This document shows, piece by piece, positions 29,388 through 38,016 of a stretch of DNA of 55,114 nt. Every line of letters begins with the position of its first letter. The first letter of the stretch is position 1. The notes beneath the pieces are model-generated. The model saw only the letters and a program-made list of their open reading frames with translations. It was not told where the DNA came from and ran no database searches. The position numbers and the translations under genes are program-made. The stretch covers positions 1 to 55,114 of the forward strand of contig CALKLC010000123.1 in the NCBI GenBank assembly GCA_937991975.1, read 5' to 3'. Source of the DNA: an uncultured Spirochaetales bacterium. Lineage in GTDB: Bacteria; Spirochaetota; Spirochaetia; DTKZ01.

Positions 29388-30656
29388 TTAAATTGATTCT
29401 TCCAGGCAGATTTGCCGGGCTGCCAGGAATAGGGCTTGTACCCCCTTATTGACCGCCTCGGGCTCACACCATTCCTCCGGTGTATGACTGCGACCCCCTT
29501 TGCAGGGAACAAACAGCATTCCCACCGGTGCCAGGGAAGAGATCTGATTCATATCATGGCCGGCCCCGCTGGAGAGTTCCATCCAGCGGGGAGTAAGAAC
29601 AGCTGCAACTTCCTTTAAAACTCTCTGTAAGCCCGGATCTGTCGCGATGGGAGGGGATGTGGAGAGAACCTCCATAGATAGGGGTACCCCTCTCCTTTCT
29701 CCTATCTGTTCTGCCTGCTGTCGAATCGATTGGGTTAAGGCGTCGAGGGTATCTACCTGCAGGCTTCTAATTTCTGCGAAAGCTTCTACTCTTTCTGGAA
29801 TAACGTTTGCCGCATTCGGATACACAGTGAGTTTTCCTACCGTTCCCACAAGGGGTTCAGGGTCGATCGTAATAGCCATTCTTTTACAGAGAGTTTCTAG
29901 GACCAGTACGAGCTCTGCCATGGCGGTTAGAGCATCCTTTCGGTATGCCATGGGGGTGGTTCCCGCATGATCCGCCCGTCCATGGGCTATGAACTTTATT
30001 CTGCGGATTCCCACTATTCCCTTTACAACGCCTAGATCTTTTCCGTTTGATTCCAGTACAGGCCCCTGTTCGATATGCAATTCTAGACCCCCGAAAATAC
30101 TGGCTGGTTTCCAGGCAGCTTTTGCAACCAGGATAGAGTCTCCGCCTGCGGAATCGATCGCTTCCGCAAGGGTGCGGCCGTTACTGTCCCGCCGCTCTAA
30201 GGCGTCTACAGGCAAAGTACCGGCCATGGCTCGGCTTCCAATGGTAGAAATTCCGAACTCTGTAGGCTCTTCAGCCGTGAAATCCACAACGATAAGTCCC
30301 CTTAAGGGAGAAAGGCTGTGCAGTGCCTTCGCAACCTGAATCCCCCCCACAACACCCAGCACCCCATCAAACCGCCCCCCCTGCAATACCGTGTCAGTAT
30401 GGGAACCTAGGAGGAGGGGCGGTAACGTAATGTCCTTTCCAGGCAAGAAGCCCAGTAAGTTCGCTGCCGGGTCTTGCTTCACTTCCAGACCCGCATTCTC
30501 CATCCATTGTTTTACCAGTTGCCTCCCCTGATTGTATGCGGGTGTAAAGGCCCGGCGTGTCCACCCTGGAATATTTTTTTCCCGGATTTCGGATAATTCC
30601 ATGATCTGTTTAAAGGCATCCGGAAAGTTGGGCAGAATGGTTGGGTTCCTATGCAT
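29388..30656 (-). CDS. M20 Zn-dependent N-carbamoyl-L-amino-acid/allantoate-type amidohydrolase
   Basis: GSHTDTV..GG.FDG, EE, ELHIEQG, HAGTTPM, SGAGHD, SH.PEE. Confidence 0.88.
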   Translation of the reverse strand: MHRNPTILPNFPDAFKQIMELSEIREKNIPGWTRRAFTPAYNQGRQLVKQWMENAGLEVKQDPAANLLGFLPGKDITLPPLLLGSHTDTVLQGGRFDGVLGVVGGIQVAKALHSLSPLRGLIVVDFTAEEPTEFGISTIGSRAMAGTLPVDALERRDSNGRTLAEAIDSAGGDSILVAKAAWKPASIFGGLELHIEQGPVLESNGKDLGVVKGIVGIRRIKFIAHGRADHAGTTPMAYRKDALTAMAELVLVLETLCKRMAITIDPEPLVGTVGKLTVYPNAANVIPERVEAFAEIRSLQVDTLDALTQSIRQQAEQIGERRGVPLSMEVLSTSPPIATDPGLQRVLKEVAAVLTPRWMELSSGAGHDMNQISSLAPVGMLFVPCKGGRSHTPEEWCEPEAVNKGVQALFLAARQICLEESI

Positions 30657-30712
30657 GCGTACACCATAGAACTTTTACGTCTCGTTTTTCAACCAGTTTA
30701 AGCGGGGTTACA

Positions 30713-30760
30713 TTGACAAAATAGGAATCCTGGGGTAAAAATAAATGGAATACTGTTCCA
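30713..30760 (+). promoter_or_regulatory. promoter (TTGACA-17-TAAAAA) with IclR-type operator TGGAATACTGTTCCA
   Basis: perfect TGGAA-N5-TTCCA palindrome at 30746-30760, at the predicted start site. Confidence 0.65.
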
Positions 30761-30781
30761 CAATGAGGTATATCTAACCGT

Positions 30782-32926
30782 ATGGCAAGTTCACTGTTCC
30801 CAGATCTGCATCCTATGATGGAACCTGCATCTATCGCTGTAATTGGCGCTAGCGAGAACCGGGGGCCGGGAAGGCAGGTATTGGAAAACCTGTTCCAGTT
30901 AGGATACGCGGGTAAGATTTATCCCATCAACCCGAAATACAGCAAAGTGCTGGACCTCCCCTGTTACCCGAGTATGCAAAAGGTGTACGAGGAGCAGGGT
31001 TCGGTAGATATGCTGGCAATTCTTTTGGGCAGGGACGCCATTCTTCCAGTATTAGAAGAAGCCGCCGAGGCAGGGGTAAAGGCTGCCTGGGCGTTTGCAA
31101 GCGGGTTTGCAGAAGCAGACGAAGAAGGGAAGGCATTGCAGCATAGGCTTACCGACTTTTGCAAGAAGCACCGTATCCTCTTTTGCGGTCCCAACTGTGT
31201 GGGATTCTTGAATCCGGCCAAAAAAACGGGTACCTACAGTGCGCCGGCTCCCAAGGAAATCCGTGCCGGGAACCTGGGGTTTGTCGCCCAAAGCGGGTAC
31301 GTCTGTTTAGCCATGGCGAACTCCGGCAGGGGAATTGGGTTCAGCTCCATCTGTTCTTCAGGGAACGAGGCAGTGTTGGACGCTACGGATTACATGAACT
31401 ACCTGCTGGAACAGGAAGAGACGAAAGTTGTCGGCGGTTTTATCGAACAGTTCCGGTATCCGGAAAAGTTGATTCACCTTGCGCAAAAAGCCCGTGACCG
31501 TGGAAAACCTCTGGTGCTGATAAAAGTTGGAAAATCAACCCTGGCCAAACGAGCTACGGAAGCGCACACAGGGGCATTGGCTGGAGAAGATGATGTGCAG
31601 GATGCTCTTTTCGAAAAACTCGGAATTATCCGCGTACAGGATCTGGAAGAATTGTTTGAAACAGCCGAGCTGTGTATCAAATATCCTGTTCCCCCCTCGG
31701 GATCCAGAGTGTTTGCCTTTACCCTGTCAGGAGGTATCATCAGTCTCTTTGGAGACCTGGCAGAACCGGTAAGGTTGCAGCTCCCCCAGTGGTCCGATGA
31801 GGGCGTGCGGGAAGTAAAACAGCACCTTCCGCCCTATGCTTCTGTGTCCAACCCTCTGGATGCCTGGGGATACGGGAAGATCGAACAAACCTACCCCGCT
31901 TTTCTAAAAGCCGCTGCAAAAGAAGAAGCGGATGTCCTGCTAATTCTTCAGGACCTACCCCCTGGAATGGCGAAACCTCAGGTGGAACAATACATGGTAC
32001 CGGTGCGAGCAGCCGCAGAGGTGTATGCCACTTATGGGAAACCGGTCATTGTGCTGAGCAATACCGCCTCTGGGCTTCATGAAGAACCCAAAGCGTATCT
32101 GGATAATGCAAAGGTGCCTCTCCTGCAGGGAACCCGACCAGGGCTTGCCGCTCTCGAGAAATGGCTAGAGTACGGGAAAAAACTCTCTACCCCCCTTCAA
32201 GTTACAGACTTATTCCCCCTTCGATCGAAGTCTCCGTCACCTTCATGGCTTTCGGAGTTCCCCAAGGGAGCCTTGTCTGAAGCCCGGTCCAAACAGCTCC
32301 TTTCCCGGTTTGAAATTGTATGTTCTCAGGAATACCTGTGTTCCTCTTTGGAGGAAACCCTACAGAGGGCGGAAGAGGTGGGGTACCCTGTGGTTCTGAA
32401 GGTTATGTCCCCGGATGTACCGCATAAAACCGAGGCCGGCGCTGTGGCGCTGGGGGTCCGGGGACCTGCTGAACTGAAGGAAGCATACAATCGTATCGTC
32501 ACAAACACGAAAACATACAAACCAACTGCACGGATCGAAGGAGTCCTCTGCCAGAGGATGATCGAACACCCTGTGGCCGAATGCTTCTGCGGAGTTCTTG
32601 TGGATCCTTCCTTTGGGCCGGCTATTCTGTTCGGTTTGGGCGGGGTATGGGTCGAGGTGTTCAGGAACCGGTCTGTGGGGATACCCCCCCTCACGATGCA
32701 TGAAGCCTATGAAATGATCCGGCGGACCTTCGTGTATTCCCTTCTTAACGGGTACAGAGGGCGGCCAGAAGGGGATATAGAAAGTCTTGCCCAGCTTCTC
32801 TGCAAGGTGGGAGACCTGGCTTTAACGCTGGGGAAAAACCTGCAGGCGTTAGATTTGAATCCTGTCCTTGTTCTTCCCAAAGGGCAGGGAGTGTATCTGG
32901 CAGATGCACTTATCATACTGCAGTGA
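30782..32926 (+). CDS. ADP-forming acyl-CoA synthetase (acetate-CoA ligase family, fused subunits)
   Basis: SIAVIGAS, GPNCVG, QSG, SGNEA, AHTGALAG (phospho-His), NPLD, ATP-grasp HKTE, LDLNP. Confidence 0.9.
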   Translation: MASSLFPDLHPMMEPASIAVIGASENRGPGRQVLENLFQLGYAGKIYPINPKYSKVLDLPCYPSMQKVYEEQGSVDMLAILLGRDAILPVLEEAAEAGVKAAWAFASGFAEADEEGKALQHRLTDFCKKHRILFCGPNCVGFLNPAKKTGTYSAPAPKEIRAGNLGFVAQSGYVCLAMANSGRGIGFSSICSSGNEAVLDATDYMNYLLEQEETKVVGGFIEQFRYPEKLIHLAQKARDRGKPLVLIKVGKSTLAKRATEAHTGALAGEDDVQDALFEKLGIIRVQDLEELFETAELCIKYPVPPSGSRVFAFTLSGGIISLFGDLAEPVRLQLPQWSDEGVREVKQHLPPYASVSNPLDAWGYGKIEQTYPAFLKAAAKEEADVLLILQDLPPGMAKPQVEQYMVPVRAAAEVYATYGKPVIVLSNTASGLHEEPKAYLDNAKVPLLQGTRPGLAALEKWLEYGKKLSTPLQVTDLFPLRSKSPSPSWLSEFPKGALSEARSKQLLSRFEIVCSQEYLCSSLEETLQRAEEVGYPVVLKVMSPDVPHKTEAGAVALGVRGPAELKEAYNRIVTNTKTYKPTARIEGVLCQRMIEHPVAECFCGVLVDPSFGPAILFGLGGVWVEVFRNRSVGIPPLTMHEAYEMIRRTFVYSLLNGYRGRPEGDIESLAQLLCKVGDLALTLGKNLQALDLNPVLVLPKGQGVYLADALIILQ

Positions 32927-32950
32927 ACAGTAAATCCATTATTCAGGAGG

Positions 32951-34765
32951 ATGATTGTGAAAGAGATACTTTCGGGGAATGAGGCGATTGCCCGGGGAGC
33001 TTACGAAGCGGGGATCCAGATCGCCGTCGGGTACCCCGGAACCCCCAGTTCAGAAATCATAGAAAATATCGTGAAGCGGTATGGCGACACAATCTATGCG
33101 GAATGGTCAGTAAATGAAAAGGTCGCCATGGATGCAGCCGCAGGGGCAGCGTATTCAGGTAAGCGTGCCCTGGTAACCACCAAACAGGTAGGGATGAATG
33201 TGCTATCCGACTCCCTCCTGTACACCGTGTACACAGGTGCCGAAGCGGGTTTAGTGGTCCTCACAGCTGACGATCCTGGATTGTTCAGTTCGCAGAATGA
33301 ACAGGATAACCGCTGGTACTCGAGACTGGCAAAAATCCCTACGCTGGAACCGGCGGACAGCCAGGAAGCGAAAGATTTTATCGTGCAGGGTATCCAGCTA
33401 TCAGAACAGTTCGACATACCTGTACTGGTTCGATCTGTGATGCGGGTATCCCATTCGAAGAGCATCGTAACCTTAGGGGAGCGGAAGGAGAATCCCAAAA
33501 CGATCGGTCCTTTCCCGAGAAAACCGGAGAAGTACAATTGCACTGCCTCTCACGCCCGGCACATGCATGTGAAACTGGAAGAAAAGCTTAAAACCATCCA
33601 GGCTTTTGCCGATACCTCGCACCTGAATCGGATAGAATGGGGAGACAGGGAACTGGGTATCATTACAAGCGGTGTGGTGTACACGTACGCCAGGGAAGTC
33701 TTTCCGGATGCCTCCATTCTCAAACTGGGTATGAGTTATCCGATTCCCAAAGGAATGATCCTCGAGTTTTCAAAAGGGGTAAAACAACTATTGGTGATCG
33801 AGGAGTTGGACCCTGTATTAGAGGAACAGATCCGGGCCATGGGAATTGCGGTTCGGGGTAAGGATGTGTTCCCGCCCTATTTTGAACTACTCCCCGATGA
33901 TATTCTGAAGTACTGCAGGGAAGCAGGCATATCCATTCGTAAGAGTTTCCCTGTCAAGGAAACGGTTAAACCTCAAAATCTCCCTATTCGATCCCCGGTT
34001 TTTTGCCCAGGCTGTCCTCACAGGTCCTCCTTTTACCTGTTCGCCAAGCTGAAGCTCCCTGTGGCTGGAGACATTGGCTGTTACAACCTCGGCACCCTGC
34101 CGCCCTTCAAGGCCCAGCACACGATGGGCTCTATGGGAGCCAGTATTGGGGTGCTCCACGGGATGGCTCTGGCAGATATTCCGGAAGATCGGGTCTGCAC
34201 CATAGGGGACAGCACCTTCTTCCATGCGGGCATCCCCCCTCTTGTGAACATGGTGCACACGGGTACACGGGGAACGGTGATCATTATGGACAACTCGGTA
34301 ACCGCGATGACTGGACATCAAGACCATCCGGGAGTGGACTGGTCCGTGGTGCCTAACCGCAAGGCAAAAGCCGTGGACATAGAATCCCTCGTGAAAGCCA
34401 TTGGTGTCGGTTTCGTAAAGACGGTAAATGCCTTCAGTATAAAAGAGGTAGAGGAAGGGTTAAAAGAATGCCTTGCCTACAAGGACGGGCCCTCGGTTCT
34501 TATTACCAAAGGGCCATGCATCTTCGTAAGCAGGGAACCCAAACCTCCCTACCGGGTGGACCAGGACATCTGCATCGCCTGCGGAACCTGCTTTAAAGTA
34601 GGGTGTCCGGGTAATGTGCTTTCCGACGTAAAGCATCCCAAGACCGGGAAGTTCAAAGCCGCGATCGATCCGACCTTATGTAATGGGTGCGGGGTTTGTT
34701 CGCAAGTCTGCCCGGTGAAAGCGATTAAACCCACTGGAACCGCTTCTGATTCTGTACAGTTTTAA
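32951..34765 (+). CDS. iorA: indolepyruvate:ferredoxin oxidoreductase subunit alpha
   Basis: GNEAIARG, YPGTPS, NEKVA, SSQNEQD, CPGCPH, GDIGC, GDSTF, AMTG, two C-terminal 4Fe-4S motifs. Confidence 0.92.
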   Translation: MIVKEILSGNEAIARGAYEAGIQIAVGYPGTPSSEIIENIVKRYGDTIYAEWSVNEKVAMDAAAGAAYSGKRALVTTKQVGMNVLSDSLLYTVYTGAEAGLVVLTADDPGLFSSQNEQDNRWYSRLAKIPTLEPADSQEAKDFIVQGIQLSEQFDIPVLVRSVMRVSHSKSIVTLGERKENPKTIGPFPRKPEKYNCTASHARHMHVKLEEKLKTIQAFADTSHLNRIEWGDRELGIITSGVVYTYAREVFPDASILKLGMSYPIPKGMILEFSKGVKQLLVIEELDPVLEEQIRAMGIAVRGKDVFPPYFELLPDDILKYCREAGISIRKSFPVKETVKPQNLPIRSPVFCPGCPHRSSFYLFAKLKLPVAGDIGCYNLGTLPPFKAQHTMGSMGASIGVLHGMALADIPEDRVCTIGDSTFFHAGIPPLVNMVHTGTRGTVIIMDNSVTAMTGHQDHPGVDWSVVPNRKAKAVDIESLVKAIGVGFVKTVNAFSIKEVEEGLKECLAYKDGPSVLITKGPCIFVSREPKPPYRVDQDICIACGTCFKVGCPGNVLSDVKHPKTGKFKAAIDPTLCNGCGVCSQVCPVKAIKPTGTASDSVQF

Positions 34766-34778
34766 CAGGAGTATAGGA

Positions 34779-35372
34779 ATGAAAGAGATCAATTTTTTAA
34801 TTCTCGGTGTAGGGGGGCAGGGAACGATCCTCGCGGGAGATGTGCTTTCCGAAGCAGGGATGGTGGCTGGATACGATGTAAAAAAGTCCGATATCCTGGG
34901 GCTGGCCATAAGGAGCGGGAGTGTTACCAGTTTCATCCGGTGGGGGACACAGGTGCACTCCCCGGTGCCGCCGAAAAACTCGATCGATTACCTCGTTGCC
35001 TTTGAACCCCTGGAAAGCCTTCGGATGCTGGATTATTTAAAGTCAGATTCAACCGTGATCCTGAATGAGTACAAAATTCCGCCTGTGGCCGTTTCCACCG
35101 GCCAGGCTACCTATCCGGCTCAGGAAGAGATCCTTCGGTACCTGGAGCAGAACTCTTCCCGCATTATCCGACTGAATGCCACGCAACGAACACAAGAGTT
35201 AGGGAGTGTCAAGGTGCTGAACATCTTCATGATCGGAGTCCTCGCTTCTCTTCTTCCCGTTTCACCGAGCGTCTGGGAAGCAGCTATTAAGAAATTCGCT
35301 CCCCCCAAATTCCTGGATCTGAACCTGAAAGCTTTTTACAAGGGTTACGAACAGTACGTAAAGGCAAAATAG
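34779..35372 (+). CDS. iorB: indolepyruvate:ferredoxin oxidoreductase subunit beta
   Basis: GVGGQG, GL..R.GSV, FEPLE.LR, N.KAF. Confidence 0.9.
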   Translation: MKEINFLILGVGGQGTILAGDVLSEAGMVAGYDVKKSDILGLAIRSGSVTSFIRWGTQVHSPVPPKNSIDYLVAFEPLESLRMLDYLKSDSTVILNEYKIPPVAVSTGQATYPAQEEILRYLEQNSSRIIRLNATQRTQELGSVKVLNIFMIGVLASLLPVSPSVWEAAIKKFAPPKFLDLNLKAFYKGYEQYVKAK

Positions 35373-35400
35373 ACGCCTGAACAATTATTAGGAGAATAGT

Positions 35401-36126
35401 ATGAAAATCATGGTGATCAATCCGAATAGTTCTGTAGAAATGACCCGGCATCTGGAAAAGGAACTGGTAAAAATCAAACGGCCGGACACTGAACTGAGGG
35501 TGGTATGCCCGGACTGCGGTCCCATTACCATTGAATCCAATTACGACGCAGTAATCGCGGCCTCCTGCATGCTCCCTCTGGTTAAAAAAGCGAATGCCGA
35601 GGGGTACGACGCCATTATTATCGCCTGCTTCAGCGATCCAGGGATTGAGGCGGCTAAGGAAGTGTCCGATATCCTGGTGCTAGGGATCCAGGAAGTGTCC
35701 CTCCATGTAGCAGCGATGCTAGGGGCAAAGTTTACCATCCTTACCCCCTTACAGAAGAGAGTTCCCGCTAAGGAGTATGAAGTGCGGCGGTACAAGCTGG
35801 AACAGGCCCTCGCTTCGGTTCGGCCTCTCGGTATGACCGTGGCGGAAACGGACGCCGATCCTGTCAGAACAAAGGAACGGATTCTAGAAGTGGCCAGGCA
35901 GGCAGTCGAGGAGGATGGGGCAGAGGTGATCGTGTTGGGATGCGCGGGAATGGTGGGATACGCAGAGGAAGTGGAAAGAAAACTGGGAATCAAAGTGCTG
36001 GATCCTTCTTCCGTAACCCTGAAAGTCTGCGAGGGAATGGTGGACGCGGGCCTAAAGCACGCCAAAAGAGCCTTCTACGCTACCCCCCCTGCAAAGCTCT
36101 TTAAAGGATCCCCTTGTAACGCATAA
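35401..36126 (+). CDS. hydantoin/allantoin racemase (Asp/Glu/hydantoin racemase family)
   Basis: MKI.VINPNSS..MT, IACFSDPG, LGCAGM (two catalytic Cys). Confidence 0.88.
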   Translation: MKIMVINPNSSVEMTRHLEKELVKIKRPDTELRVVCPDCGPITIESNYDAVIAASCMLPLVKKANAEGYDAIIIACFSDPGIEAAKEVSDILVLGIQEVSLHVAAMLGAKFTILTPLQKRVPAKEYEVRRYKLEQALASVRPLGMTVAETDADPVRTKERILEVARQAVEEDGAEVIVLGCAGMVGYAEEVERKLGIKVLDPSSVTLKVCEGMVDAGLKHAKRAFYATPPAKLFKGSPCNA

Positions 36127-36140
36127 ATGCACTAATCCTC

Positions 36141-36169
36141 TTGACAATACATCCCATTCCCTGTATTTT
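36141..36169 (+). promoter_or_regulatory. trp operon promoter (TTGACA-17-TATTTT)
   Basis: perfect -35; -10 ends 6 nt before the leader-peptide ATG. Confidence 0.65.
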
Positions 36170-36175
36170 ATAGCC

Positions 36176-36253
36176 ATGATCGTTTCTATAAATAGAAACA
36201 AATCAGGATGGTGGTGGCTCAATTCCCCGATACCTCGAACGGCGCCCGAATGA
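36176..36253 (+). CDS. trpL: trp leader peptide MIVSINRNKSGWWWLNSPIPRTAPE (25 aa)
   Basis: three tandem TGG codons at 36209-36217 directly upstream of attenuator hairpins and trpE; not in the ORF track. Confidence 0.85.
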   Translation: MIVSINRNKSGWWWLNSPIPRTAPE

Positions 36254-36312
36254 AACGGAAGGGCATAGCCGCCGGTATCGGAATAGGAAGCCACCGGCGG
36301 CGGGATAAAAAG

Positions 36313-36339
36313 ACCGCACCGGCAAGGTGCGGTTTTTTT
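36313..36339 (+). terminator. trp attenuator terminator
   Basis: ACCGCACC-GGCAA-GGTGCGGT followed by a T-run. Confidence 0.85.
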
Positions 36340-36342
36340 ATG

Positions 36343-36412
36343 GGCAGAGAAGAACAGGCAGAGAAGAACAGGCAGAGAAGAGCAGGCAGAGGAGGACGGG
36401 CAGAGGAGGGCA
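36343..36412 (+). repeat. five tandem 14-bp degenerate repeats (GGCAGAGAAGAACA)
   Basis: units at 36343, 36357, 36371, 36385 and 36399. Confidence 0.8.
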
Positions 36413-36496
36413 TCCCTATGGAAAAAGAGCACTGGGAAACGAAAACAGGCATTCGAATAGCGTGAATAACATCAAAAGGATAGCAGGAGGATTTTG

Positions 36497-38005
36497 ATGG
36501 AAAAGCAGAAAAGCATCGTAAAGATCATTCCGGGTGAACGGTTCACCCCTGTCACGCTGGCCAAGAAGCTGGGAGCGTTCGCTCTTTTGGAATCCTCTTC
36601 CTTTGTAAAGGGGAAGGAACGATACTCCCTTCTTCTGGTTCGAAAAGGTTTCCAGCTGGAACAACGGGATGGTACGGTTTTCTATATCGACGAAACAAAA
36701 CGGGCAAAGATGTCCACCGTGTATCGGGATATCCTCGATGCCTGTTCCTACTTTGCCGAACAGCACCATCCGCCTGCCCAGGACTTTCCCTTCCCTTCCG
36801 GAGGGGTAGGGTTTTTGAGCTATGAGTTCGCCCGGTACTGCGACACGATCAAATTCAGAGACCGGCCCGATCCTTTAGGCTTGCCGGAAGCTTCCTTTCT
36901 CTTTGGGCATGTGTTCGTCGTGTTCGACCATTATACGGACCTTTTGTACTTGATCGGATTGAACTACGCAGAACATCGGATCGATCTGGAACGGGCCCTT
37001 CTCGAAACAGAAGAAACGATCCGGGATTTCAACTTCAATTACTTGCAGGAACCGAGCGGCAAGTTTTCGATGAAGGTGGAGGAGGATCCCTTCGATCGCA
37101 AACGATTTATCCAGGGCGTGGGGACCCTCCGAAAGGAGATTATCGCGGGAAACCTATTACAGGCCGTTCTGTCCCGCCGGATCACACTGACTACAACCAT
37201 GCCCGCTTTCGAAGCGTACCGAAACCTCCGGAGAGTCAACCCTTCCCCCTACCAGTTCTACCTTCATTTCGGAGACTACGAGTTGTTCGGCGCTTCCCCG
37301 GAGATGCACGTCAAAGTGAAGGATGGGAAGGCGGTAATTCATCCCATCGCAGGTACCCGCCGGAGGGGTAAAACAGAGAAGGAAGACAGGGCATTGGAAG
37401 CAGAACTGCGGGAAGATCCCAAAGAAAAAGCGGAACACCTGATGCTGGTGGACCTGGCACGGAATGATCTGGGAAGGATCTGCGAGCCTGGTTCCGTACG
37501 GGTGACCACCTTCATGAACGTGGAACGGTATTCCCATGTGATGCACCTCGTTTCAGAGGTAGAAGGAGTGATCCAGAAGGGTAACGCCGGGGGTTCAAAG
37601 GCAGACGGTGCAGGTTCAAGCCCGGCTATGGCGGGTTCCATCTCGGCAGCTGGAAGTTCGCATCCGGAGGCAGCCCATGTAGCCGATGTGATTCGGGCCA
37701 CCTTTCCCGCAGGTACGGTTTCGGGGGCTCCCAAGATCCGGGCGGTTGAAACCCTCGATCGGATAGAGCCCGTGCCAAGGAGTTTCTATGCGGGACTGGT
37801 GGGGTATTTCGAAGCGGGAGGTGGATTCGATTCCTGCATCACCATCCGCAGTGCTCTGAAACGGGGAAACCGGATCGTGCTCCAGGCAGGCGCCGGAGTG
37901 GTGTACGATTCTACTCCCGAGAGAGAATACGAGGAAACACAGGAAAAGCTCGGAGCCTTAGAGGCGGCCCTCGGTTTGACCCAGGATAGCGAATTAGCTC
38001 TGTAG
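36497..38005 (+). CDS. trpE: anthranilate synthase component I
   Basis: LLESS, GRYS-like ERYS, NPSPY, GASPE, PIAGTR.RG, EHLMLVDLARND, FPAGTVSGAPK, QAGAG.V.DS. Confidence 0.95.
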   Translation: MEKQKSIVKIIPGERFTPVTLAKKLGAFALLESSSFVKGKERYSLLLVRKGFQLEQRDGTVFYIDETKRAKMSTVYRDILDACSYFAEQHHPPAQDFPFPSGGVGFLSYEFARYCDTIKFRDRPDPLGLPEASFLFGHVFVVFDHYTDLLYLIGLNYAEHRIDLERALLETEETIRDFNFNYLQEPSGKFSMKVEEDPFDRKRFIQGVGTLRKEIIAGNLLQAVLSRRITLTTTMPAFEAYRNLRRVNPSPYQFYLHFGDYELFGASPEMHVKVKDGKAVIHPIAGTRRRGKTEKEDRALEAELREDPKEKAEHLMLVDLARNDLGRICEPGSVRVTTFMNVERYSHVMHLVSEVEGVIQKGNAGGSKADGAGSSPAMAGSISAAGSSHPEAAHVADVIRATFPAGTVSGAPKIRAVETLDRIEPVPRSFYAGLVGYFEAGGGFDSCITIRSALKRGNRIVLQAGAGVVYDSTPEREYEETQEKLGALEAALGLTQDSELAL

Positions 38006-38016
38006 GAGGTACCTTC

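Noticed and set aside
9970-36126. Assignment as ergothioneine, allantoin or reductive pyrimidine catabolism
   Set aside because: No ergothionase/urocanase homologs, xanthine dehydrogenase, or dihydropyrimidine dehydrogenase in the window; substrate left open
36176-36340. T-box riboswitch upstream of trpE
   Set aside because: No AGGGTGGNACCGCG T-box motif; the WWW leader peptide explains the structure
36343-36412. TRAP (MtrB) binding site or CRISPR array
   Set aside because: GAG triplets lack the regular 2-nt spacing of TRAP sites and no mtrB is in the window; repeats are head-to-tail with no spacers and no cas genes
36208-36465. 85-aa ORF in the trp leader
   Set aside because: Runs through the terminator and tandem repeats; a shadow of regulatory DNA
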